A DNA stretch of 64,000 nt from the NCBI GenBank assembly GCA_963749455.1, contig CAVVMX010000006.1, positions 27,060 through 91,059 on the forward strand, in the 5' to 3' direction. This document shows, in pieces, positions 40,721 through 49,745 of this stretch. The stretch comes from an uncultured Chloroflexia bacterium (GTDB lineage Bacteria > Chloroflexota > Anaerolineae > JAAYZQ01). Both the position numbers and the translations under genes were made by a program. A model generated the notes under the pieces. That model was not told the DNA's origin, did not search any database, and saw nothing but the letters and a program-made list of their open reading frames with translations. Positions within the stretch are counted from its first letter, which is position 1; every line of letters starts with the position of its first letter.

Positions 40721-41464
40721 ATGGAACATACCAGTAGCGCTGAGTCAGGGTTTCCCGGCGTCGAGTTTGTGGAGCTCGCCGGCCCCGTCAAGGTCTTCCC
40801 GAATGTCCATATCGGGGAAGGGAGCGTCGTCTATGGCCCGTGCATCCTCGGTCACCCGCCGCGCGGCAAGGCCCCCGGCGAGCTGCCGCTGGTGATCGGC
40901 CGTGGGGCCACCATCCGCGCCTTTACGGTCCTGTATGCCGGTGTCTCCGTCGGCGATCTATTTCAATCTGGTCACAATACCGTTATCCGTGAGGGCAATG
41001 TCCTGGGCGATGATTGCAGCGTCGGCTCCGGGGTGATCCTCGAGCCTGACAATCACGCCGGCAATCGGGTCCGGATCCATACCAATGCGGCGATGGAGGG
41101 GGCCACCATGGCGGACGATGCCTACATCGGGCCCGGAGCGCTGCTCCTGGACGATCCCCATGCCCCATGTCCGCGCAGCAAAGAGTGCGTGGGCGGGGCC
41201 AAGATCGGAGCCGGGGCACTGGTGGGGGCCGGCGCAATTGTGCTCGCCGGAGTCACCGTCGGCGAGCGGGCAGTGGTGGCCAGCGGCGCACTGGCGACCA
41301 AGGACGTGCCCCCTGAAGTGGTCGTGGTGGGCAATCCGGCCCATGCCATCAAGCGCGTCGACGAGATTGAATGCTTTGCCGGCTTTTACCCACACGCCTA
41401 TGCCTGGCCCGTCCAGGAAATACGAAGCTATGCGCAAGACCGACGATCGATAGCCAATGAATAG
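40721..41464 (+). CDS. hexapeptide-repeat (left-handed beta-helix) sugar N-acetyltransferase (WbpD-like)
   Basis: Repeated [LIV]-G-x-x-x-x hexapeptides (…IGEGSVVYGPCILG…IGPGALLLDD…IGAGALVGAGAIVLAGVTVG…). GGAGAAT precedes the ATG. Confidence 0.75.
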   Translation: MEHTSSAESGFPGVEFVELAGPVKVFPNVHIGEGSVVYGPCILGHPPRGKAPGELPLVIGRGATIRAFTVLYAGVSVGDLFQSGHNTVIREGNVLGDDCSVGSGVILEPDNHAGNRVRIHTNAAMEGATMADDAYIGPGALLLDDPHAPCPRSKECVGGAKIGAGALVGAGAIVLAGVTVGERAVVASGALATKDVPPEVVVVGNPAHAIKRVDEIECFAGFYPHAYAWPVQEIRSYAQDRRSIANE

Positions 41465-41506
41465 CGGCGCGTCCGGCCTCCTGATCGCCGACGCGACAGA
41501 TGGGAG

Positions 41507-42232
41507 ATGAATGCGGTGGCACCCAGGGTGATGGCCGGCGTCGGCGCTTTTAACGAAGAGCGGACGATCGGCCAAGTGCTCTCACGGTTCGAGCCTGGGA
41601 TGGTTGACGAGGTCGTCGTGATCGACGACGGCTCGACCGATCGAACCCCTGAAATCGTCGCGCAAGCCGGCGTGTCCTGTATCCGCCACACCACCAACCT
41701 GGGGGCAGGGGCCGCTATCAAGTCACTCATCCGGCATGGCCAGATGCACGGTTACGATGTGATTGTGCTCATGGCCGGCAATGGTAAAGATGATCCACAC
41801 GAGATCCCTCGCCTCCTGGCCCCGATCGTCGAGGAAGGCTACGACTATGTCCAGGGCTCGCGCTATCTGCCAGGAGGGAGCGCTCCTCATCTGCCGCTCC
41901 AACGCGCAATCCTGATCCGCATGCTCGCTCTTCTGTATCGGGTGCTGACCGGCTTTCACTCCACGGACCCCAGCAATGGCTTTCGAGCCTACCGGCTGCA
42001 GCTTCTTGAGGACCCACAGCTGAACATCTGGCAAGACTGGCTCGATCATTATGGGCTGGAGCACTATCTCAACTACCTGGTGCTCAAACTCGGGTACCGT
42101 GTCATCGAAGTACCTGTGTCCAAAGTATACCCCGCTGCCGCTGGGGTGCGCTACTCGCACGTGCGGCCGATTATCGACTGGTGGGAGAGCGTCCGGCCTA
42201 TCTTCTATTTGGCGCTGGGCCTCAGAAAGTAG
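41507..42232 (+). CDS. GT2-family polyprenyl-phosphate sugar synthase (DPM1/ArnC-like)
   Basis: …EVVVIDDGSTDRTPEIV… and a DxD region; 241 aa. Confidence 0.75.
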   Translation: MNAVAPRVMAGVGAFNEERTIGQVLSRFEPGMVDEVVVIDDGSTDRTPEIVAQAGVSCIRHTTNLGAGAAIKSLIRHGQMHGYDVIVLMAGNGKDDPHEIPRLLAPIVEEGYDYVQGSRYLPGGSAPHLPLQRAILIRMLALLYRVLTGFHSTDPSNGFRAYRLQLLEDPQLNIWQDWLDHYGLEHYLNYLVLKLGYRVIEVPVSKVYPAAAGVRYSHVRPIIDWWESVRPIFYLALGLRK

Positions 42233-42366
42233 ATGGGGACGAGACCGGCAAGGTAGGATCTATGTGACTCGTCGATCCGGGGATCGCCGCCATCGGCGGC
42301 CTGAGTATTTGGTCGATGCCCTGGAGCACGAGCGTCCCCTATCCATGACGGTGTAGAGAGGTCTCT

Positions 42367-44394
42367 TTGATCGCACGTTTGCGCGCGTGGCGCGCGCCTC
42401 GATTACTATCAGCCCATCCCTACCTGTGGGCTCTGCTCTTTGTTGCCGGCCTGTTTTTGCTGCTGCGGCCAGTGCTGATCGCCGACTGGCCGGGCCGCGC
42501 CGCGCTCGGCGCGGTGGGCTCGCTCGCCCTCTTCTTGTTGCCCGGCGCTGCCGTCCTGGTGCTGTTGGGTCGGCTTGAGTCGGAAGCCTCGCCACTGGAG
42601 TGGCTGGCCCACGCCTTTGCGGCCAGCTTTGTCGTTCTGGCCGCGCCCACCCTGGTGGTCCTGCTGCGGCACTCGTCTCTGAGCGCGCTGCTGCTGGCCT
42701 ATGTGGTCCTGACGGCCGCCTTGGTCGTGGCGGCCATCCTGCGCATCAGCCTGCCGGTCCTCGTGCGCGACGCGGCAGCCCCGGAGGCCGCTGCCGAGCG
42801 GCGCGGCGCCTCTTCGGACGGTTGGCTGCTGCGGCTGACCCCGTACGTCACGGCGGCCCTGCTGGCCTTCGTCGCCTTGGCCCCTGTGCAGGCCGCCGAC
42901 GACTGGTTCGTGATGGGCTATATCCAGGATGACCTGGTCGCGCCGCGCATCAACCTCGACGATCCATTCTTTGGGCCGGGCCTCCCTATGCACCCGCGCT
43001 ACGGCTTTAGCCCCTGGTTGGTGGAGGAGGCGTTGGCCGTGCGCCTGTCCGGGCTGGACCTCGTCACCTGGTACAACGGCTGGATCGTGCTCCTCGTCGT
43101 TGTGTCGGTGGGCGCCTATTATGCGGCCGCCCGCAAGCTGCTGCCTGATGGCCGGGCCGCGGCCCTGGCGACTGGTGTGGTGGCCGTCTATCTGCTGGCG
43201 ACCCTGACCCCTGACCAGCCGGGCCGCGATTTCTTTCCGCGCATCGCCGAAGACAAGATGGTGGCCCGCTTTATCTTTGCGCCGCTGGCTTTTGCCGCCG
43301 CGCTCGGCGCGCTCGCCCCGTCCGGAGAGCCTACGGACGGCCGCCGGCTGTGGGGCGTGCGCCTTGGCGATTGGGTCTGGCTCCTGATCATCACCCAGGC
43401 GCTGGGCTTCATTCACCCCGAGGGCATCGTGTTTCTTGGCCTACCGCTAGTAGGCTTTGGCCTACTAGAGCTATACGCTCACCCGCGGCGGCAGACGGTG
43501 GGGCGGCTTGCCCTGGCTGCGGCCATCGTTGTCTTCGCCCTGACCCTGCCCGTGATCCAGTACATATCGGCGAGCGGTACCCCAGAGGCCAAGCTGCCGC
43601 CTCGCGCCGCCACGCTTACCGACGCGGGCGATCCGCTACTGTGGACGCACCTGCTCCACTCGTTCAGCGCTGGCACGCGGCTGTGGCTCTATGACAATGG
43701 GTCCTATAGCGTCCATCCCTCTCGCTTCCTGACCGCCTTTGGGTTACTGGCCTTTGCCGGTGCCCTGGCCCTGGCCTTTCGGTTGCGGCGCAGCGCCGCG
43801 GCGCGGTTGCTGGTGGGCATCTTTGCCGTCATTCCACCGCTGCTCCTTTTCCCGCCGGCCGTCACGCTGCTAACCCGGTTCCTTACCCCATGGCTCATGC
43901 ACCGGCTGGCCTGGCCCCTCGATTCGCTGGCCGTGCCACTTGTCCTCACCTGGATGGTGTGGACCATCCTCAAGCGGGCGCGGCTCCAGGCCTGGGCGCC
44001 GCTTGCCATAGTCGTCGTGGCCATCGTGGCGCTGCGTGCCCCGATCCAGAGCGGACTGGCCGGCTTGCACGAGAGAAGGCTGTCGGTGGACAGTTGCCCG
44101 GCGCTGGGGCCGATCCTCCGCCAGGTGTCTGATCAGATGCCAGTCCATGCCACGCTCCTCGCCGATAGCGATGTCTCAGCGTGCGTACCGGGCTATGCGC
44201 CGTTTGCCGACCTGGTAGCCTATGGGGGCAGGGCACTGTCGGCCTGTTCCCGCTGGCCCGCAACGACGAGGCGTGGCAGCGCGCGCTCGACGTCGAGCAG
44301 TTTGACCAGGCGGTCCGCGTGGACCAGCGGTTTCTGGACATCATCGACCGTTGGCAGGTACAGGTGGTGCTGGTGGAGGCAGATTCGCCGTTGA
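42367..44394 (+). CDS. polytopic membrane domain (about 14 TM helices), N-terminal part of a giant membrane-TPR protein
   Basis: The hydrophobic profile is strong through ~44220. The frame then shifts at a GGGGG run (44224-44228) into the TPR reading frame. The track ORF tail 44230-44394 is non-coding-looking. Confidence 0.6.
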   Translation: MIARLRAWRAPRLLSAHPYLWALLFVAGLFLLLRPVLIADWPGRAALGAVGSLALFLLPGAAVLVLLGRLESEASPLEWLAHAFAASFVVLAAPTLVVLLRHSSLSALLLAYVVLTAALVVAAILRISLPVLVRDAAAPEAAAERRGASSDGWLLRLTPYVTAALLAFVALAPVQAADDWFVMGYIQDDLVAPRINLDDPFFGPGLPMHPRYGFSPWLVEEALAVRLSGLDLVTWYNGWIVLLVVVSVGAYYAAARKLLPDGRAAALATGVVAVYLLATLTPDQPGRDFFPRIAEDKMVARFIFAPLAFAAALGALAPSGEPTDGRRLWGVRLGDWVWLLIITQALGFIHPEGIVFLGLPLVGFGLLELYAHPRRQTVGRLALAAAIVVFALTLPVIQYISASGTPEAKLPPRAATLTDAGDPLLWTHLLHSFSAGTRLWLYDNGSYSVHPSRFLTAFGLLAFAGALALAFRLRRSAAARLLVGIFAVIPPLLLFPPAVTLLTRFLTPWLMHRLAWPLDSLAVPLVLTWMVWTILKRARLQAWAPLAIVVVAIVALRAPIQSGLAGLHERRLSVDSCPALGPILRQVSDQMPVHATLLADSDVSACVPGYAPFADLVAYGGRALSACSRWPATTRRGSARSTSSSLTRRSAWTSGFWTSSTVGRYRWCWWRQIRR

Positions 44395-46650
44395 ACGGGC
44401 AGATGGACCATTTCCCTGCCTGGTTTCAGCCTGCGGCTTCCGCAGTCAACTATGTGTTATATCGTGTGCAGCCGGGCATCGCCGCCACGCCCCTGACGGA
44501 CGCCAACACTACGCTGAGCCAGGGCGACGCAGCGCAGGCGGCCGCGCAGTTCGAGACAGTCCTGGCTGTGGCTATCCGGCCGGGAGAGCGGTGCCTGGCC
44601 GCATTGGGGCTGGGTCAGGCGCGGCTGGCGTTGGGGCAGCTCGACGCGGCTCGGGCGGCCTTCCAGGTCGCGGCCGAGGCCGACGAGCACGACCCGTGGG
44701 CCACCTTTTACCTGGGCCAGACCGCCATGCTGACCGGCCGTCCGGCAGAGGCGGCGCCCTCTTTCCAGCGCGCGACTGACCTGGAGCCCGCACTCGGTGT
44801 TGCCTGGCAGCGCCTGGGCGACGCCCGGCAGGCGCTTGGCCAGGCCGACGCGGCGCTGCAGGCATACCAGGCCGTGGCTCGCCAGTGGAACCTGCCCGGA
44901 ACGGCGGGCTATGAGCAGGCCTTGGGCACGACTCTGCTGAACGCCGGGCGCTACGACGAGGCTATCACCGCCTACCAGCGCGGCTTGCAGATATTGGGCG
45001 ACGACGGCAAGCTGTGGTTGCTCATCGCCCAGGTGCAGCAGTCGATGGGCGATCAGCAAGCCGCCGAGCTGACCCTGCACGATGTGGCCCGGCGCCATGG
45101 GTGGGATGCCTCGGGCCCGGAGGCGCATGCCGAGCTGGGCGACCTGTATAGCGGCTTGGGCGAATTCGAGCGGGCTGAGGAGGAGTATCGCGCCGCCCTA
45201 CGGCTCAACCCGGTCGGCGATTACGGCGCGCTAGCGCAGTTGTGGCAGAGTCGGCAGGGTACCTCCGCCGCGATCACGAGCCTGGAGCGGCTGCCAGGCT
45301 ACCAGCTCAGCTTCATGACAGCCCTGACTGCCATGGCCAACCTGCAGGCGAGTGCCGGGCAGCTCGATGTCGCCATCGCTGCTGATGAGCAGGCGCTGAC
45401 TCGCAGCCGCCTGTCGTCTGGCCTCATGCTGCAACTGGCGGCGCATCGGCTGGCCCAGGGCGAATTCGACGCAGCGGCCGACCAGGCACAGGCTGCCCTG
45501 GATCTGGGAGGAACATATGGTGCGCAGATGCGCCTGGGCGACCTGGCCGTCCAGCGCGGCCGGCTGAGCGAGGGCATTGGCCATTACTGGCTGGCCGAGC
45601 TGGCCGCACCGGCGCTGGCCTACCCGCACCTCAGCCTGGGATCCACCTACCTCCAGCTCGGCGACGTGGATCGCGCCCGCGCCGAGTACGAAATGGCCGG
45701 CTCCAGGCCGCTGGCCATCCCCGTCAGCCTGTGGACGCTCGGCAGCTTTTACCAGTCGCGGGGCGAGACCGAGGCGGCGCAGGCCAGCTTCCAGCAGGCC
45801 ATCAATCTCCAGCCAGCGGCCGCAGCAGCCTACAGCGGCCGGGGAGGCGCCTACCTGGCAGCCGGCAAGCTGCCCGAGGCGACGCAGGCGATCAGCAGCG
45901 CCGTTGAGATTGCTCCGGCGACCGGCCCGCCACGGGTGGCGCTGGCCAGCGTCCTGGTCCAGCAAGGCCGGCCCGAGGCAGCTCTGGCCCAGCTCGAGCA
46001 AGCTGCCGTGCTGGACCCCGGCTATGCCTCGGCTGGGACTGCGCTGGGCGACTTGTACTTGAGGCTGGATAGGCCGGACGACGCGGAGGCCGCTTACAAG
46101 CGGACGATCGGTACCCTGCCCAACGTAGGCGACGGCTATATGGGCCTGGCTTCGCTGTATGAGCGGAGGGGGCGCACTGCCGAGGCCGAGGCAGTCTATC
46201 GCCAAGGGCTTGACCACGTGCCCACATCGCTCTCATCGCGGCTGCAAGTGGCGCTGGGCAGCTTCTTGTTGCGCCGCGGCCGGAGCGATGAGGCGGTCGC
46301 CAGCTACAAGGCAGCGATAGCGGCGCAGCCGGCACTGTCCGACCCGTACGTCCAATTATCGAGCCTGTATAGCCGCCAGGGTCGCTGGGCCGATGCCCGA
46401 CAGGCGCTAGAGGCCGGTCTGGCCATCGTGCCCGGCTCGGCTTCGTTGATCGACGCCCTCGGTGACCTGGAAGCGGCCACGGGCAATCCACTGGCGGCGC
46501 TCGAATCCTACAAGCGTGCTGCAGAGCTGACTCCCAGCTTGTCGACGCCGATCGCGTCGCTGGTCACCCTATATGCTGGGCAAGGCAACATCGACCGGGC
46601 TCTGGCCGAGCTGGACGCGGCGCTCCAGGTGTGGCCTGGCAGCTATTGGC
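44230..46650 (+). CDS. TPR-repeat segment 1 of the giant protein (frame of ORF 44181..47465; coordinates approximate)
   Basis: …GLFPLARNDEAWQRALDVEQ…, then about 20 TPR units (AxxxxxxALxxxPxxxxAxxxLGxxxxxxG pattern). The frame is lost near 46645. Confidence 0.6.
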
Positions 46651-47965
46651 TATTGATCTCCGCCGCAAGCTGGCAGATCTCGCCGGCCAGCCAGAGGCAG
46701 CGCTGGTCACCGCGCGCGAGGCGGTGGATGTGGCACCTGGCTTGGCGGGCACCTGGCTATCGCTCGGCGGCGCCTACCGGGCACTCGGGCGGCTTGACGA
46801 TGCGCTCCAGGCGTACCAGCAGGCCACCGTCCGTGAGCCGGCCAACTCGTCAGGTTGGTCGGCGATTGGCTCGGTCCAGCTCGCCATGGGGCAAGCCCAG
46901 GACGCCGAGGCGAGCTACCGCCGGGCGGTTGAGGCCGGCCAGTCAGACCCGTCGGCTGCCATCGGTCTGGGCGACGCGTTGCGCCGGCAGGGTCGTTGGG
47001 ACGAGGCGGCAGAGGCCTACAGCCAGGCAGCCGGAGCGGACGCCAGTCAATCAGCCGGCCTTCTGGCGCTGGGTGGGCTGCGACGCCAGCAGGGTCAGAC
47101 GGACCAAGCGGGCGCTGCATTCAGCCAGGCGCTGGCCGCTGTTCCGGGAGACGCCGTGGTGTACCAGGCGATCTCGGCTCTGGATGAGCAGCTCGGCCAA
47201 CTGGCCGCGGCGGAAGCGGCTCTCATCACTGCGACGCAGCAACTGCCCGGGTCGGCGGCGGCGTTCGATGCGCTCGGCGATTTCTACGCCGGGCGGGGCC
47301 GATGGGCCGACGCCGAGACGGCCTATGGCCGGGCGCTGGCCCTGCCGGGGAGCCAGGCGGCGAACTATGTCTCACTCGGCGACCTGTACGGCCAGCTTGG
47401 CAGGCCGGCCGACGCCGAGGCGGCGTACCGCGCGGCCATCGCCGCTCAGCCGGGAAACGCGATAGGGTACCTGTCGCTAGGTGGGCTGTATGTGGCTGAG
47501 GGGCAGTGGCTATCGGCCACCCAGGTGTACAGCCAGGCGCTGGCGGCTGCGCCCAGCGCCGACGGAGTGTACGCTGCCCGGAGCCGGGCGCTGGCCGCCC
47601 AGGGAGAGCCGGAGGCGGCCGTGGCCGCGGCCAAACAGGCGACGGCGCTCAACGCAGGGAGCGCCTACAACTGGCAGGCGGTGGGGCAGGCGTACCAGGG
47701 ACTGGGCGACTATGGGGCAGCGGAAGAGGCCTACCGGCAGGCGGTGGCCGCCGACCGCAGCCAGGGGGTGGGCTATCTCTCGCTCGGGGCCCTTTACAGC
47801 CGGTTGGGGCGTGTCTCGGACGCCGAAGCGGCCTATCGCCAGGCCATCGCCGATGCTCCCGCCAATCCATCGGGCTATGCCGGTCTGGCCGGCCTCCTCC
47901 GTAGCCAGGGGGACGCGGCCGGCGCGGAGGAGGCGTACCGTCAGGGGGTGGCTGCCGACCTCGGC
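46631..47965 (+). CDS. TPR-repeat segment 2 (frame of ORF 46631..48118; coordinates approximate)
   Basis: Canonical 34-aa TPRs. The frame is lost at a 1-bp insertion (cagaGccgacagc versus cagaccgacagc in the next repeat copy). Confidence 0.6.
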
Positions 47966-49745
47966 CAGAGCCGACAGCCTGCTGGCGCTGGGCGGGCTGC
48001 TGTTGGCTCAGGGCCGGCGGGCCGAAGCAGAACAGGTATACACGGACGCTGCCACAGTCGCCCCGGCCAACCTGAGCGCCTGGTCGGGTCTGGCCGGCTG
48101 GCACAGCCAGGGTGGTGATTTCGCCCTGGCGGAGACGGCGCTGATCACGGCCACCCGGCAACTGCCCGGGTCGGCGGCGGCGTTCGATGCGCTCGGCGAT
48201 TTCTACGCCGGGCGGGGCCGATGGGCCGACGCCGAGACGGCCTATGGCCGGGCGCTGGCCCTGCCGGGCAGCCAGGCGGCGAACTATGTCTCACTCGGCA
48301 ACCTGTACGGCCAGCTTGGCAGGCCGGCGGACGCCGAGGCGGCGTACCGCGCGGCCATCGCCGCTCAGCCGGGAAACGCGATAGGGTACCTGTCGCTAGG
48401 TGGGCTGTATGTGGCTGAGGGGCAGTGGCTATCGGCCACCCAGGTGTACAGCCAGGCGCTGGCGGCTGCGCCCAGCGCCGACGGAGTGTACGCTGCCCGG
48501 AGCCGGGCGCTGGCCGCCCAGGGAGAGCCGGAGGCGGCCGTGGCCGCGGCCAAACAGGCGACGGCGCTCAACGCAGGGAGCGCCTACAACTGGCAGGCGG
48601 TGGGGCAGGCGTACCAGGGACTGGGCGACTATGGGGCAGCGGAAGAGGCCTACCGGCAGGCGGTGGCCGCCGACCGCAGCCAGGGGGTGGGCTATCTCTC
48701 GCTCGGGGCCCTTTACAGCCGGTTGGGGCGTGTCTCGGACGCCGAAGCGGCCTATCGCCAGGCCATCGCCGATGCTCCCGCCAATCCATCGGGCTATGCC
48801 GGTCTGGCCGGCCTCCTCCGTAGCCAGGGGGACGCGGCCGGCGCGGAGGAGGCGTACCGTCAGGGGGTGGCTGCCGACCTCGGCCAGACCGACAGCCTGC
48901 TGGCGCTGGGCGGGCTGCTGTTGGCTCAGGGCCGGCGGGCCGAAGCAGAACAGGTATACACGGACGCTGCCACAGTCGCCCCGGCCAACCTGAGCGCCTG
49001 GTCGGGTCTGGCCGGCTGGCACAGCCAGGGCGGTGATTTCGCCCTGGCGGAGACGGCGCTGATCACTGCGACGCCGGCAACTGCCCGGGTCGGCGGCGGC
49101 GTTCGATGCGCTCGGCGATTTCTACGCCGGGCGGGGCCGATGGGCCGACGCCGAGGCGGCCTATGGCCGGGCGCTGGCCCTGCCGGGCAGCCAGGCGGCG
49201 AACTATGTCTCACTCGGCGACCTGTACGGCCAGCTTGGCAGGCCGGCCGACGCCGAGGCGGCGTACCGCGCGGCCATCGCCGCTCAGCCGGGAAACGCGA
49301 TAGGGTACCTGTCGCTAGGTGGGCTGTATGTGGCTGAGGGGCAGTGGCTATCGGCCACCCAGGTGTACAGCCAGGCGCTGGCGGCTGCGCCCAGCGCCGA
49401 CGGAGTGTACGCTGCCCGGAGCCGGGCGCTGGCCGCCCAGGGAGAGCCGGAGGCGGCCGTAGCCGCGGCCAAACAGGCGACGGCGCTCAACGCAGGGAGC
49501 GCCTACAACTGGCAGGCGGTGGGGCAGGCGTACCAGGGACTGGGCGACTATGGGGCAGCGGAAGAGGCCTACCGGCAGGCGGTGGCCGCCGACCGCAGCC
49601 AGGGGGTGGGCTATCTCTCGCTCGGGGCCCTTTACAGCCGGTTGGGGCGTGTCTCGGACGCCGAAGCGGCCTATCGCCAGGCCATCGCCGATGCTCCCGC
49701 CAATCCATCGGGCTATGCCGGTCTGGCCGGCCTCCTTCGCACCCA
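47205..49745 (+). repeat. about 2.75 tandem copies of a 918/919-bp unit (nearly 100% identical at the nucleotide level); each unit encodes 9 TPRs (306 aa)
   Basis: Identical shadow ORFs recur at 47446/48365/49284, 47302/48221 and 48187/49106, all 919 bp apart. Copy 3 diverges after ~49740. Confidence 0.8.
47950..49075 (+). CDS. TPR-repeat segment 3 (frame of ORF 47481..49337; coordinates approximate)
   Basis: The second copy of the 918-bp, 9-TPR module is intact. The frame is lost at a 1-bp insertion near 49070 (acgccggcaactg versus acccggcaactg). Confidence 0.6.

Noticed and set aside
42409-43416. 335-aa minus-strand ORF inside the giant membrane protein
   Set aside because: Antisense shadow ORF with a highly charged, low-complexity translation.
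45231-46217. 328-aa minus-strand ORF inside the TPR region
   Set aside because: Antisense to clear 34-aa TPR periodicity on the plus strand, with no periodic or domain structure of its own.
47205-49745. Possible CRISPR array, suggested by regularly spaced identical sequences
   Set aside because: The period is 919 bp, the repeats are protein-coding TPR modules, and there are no short 25-40-bp direct repeats with unique spacers or cas genes nearby.
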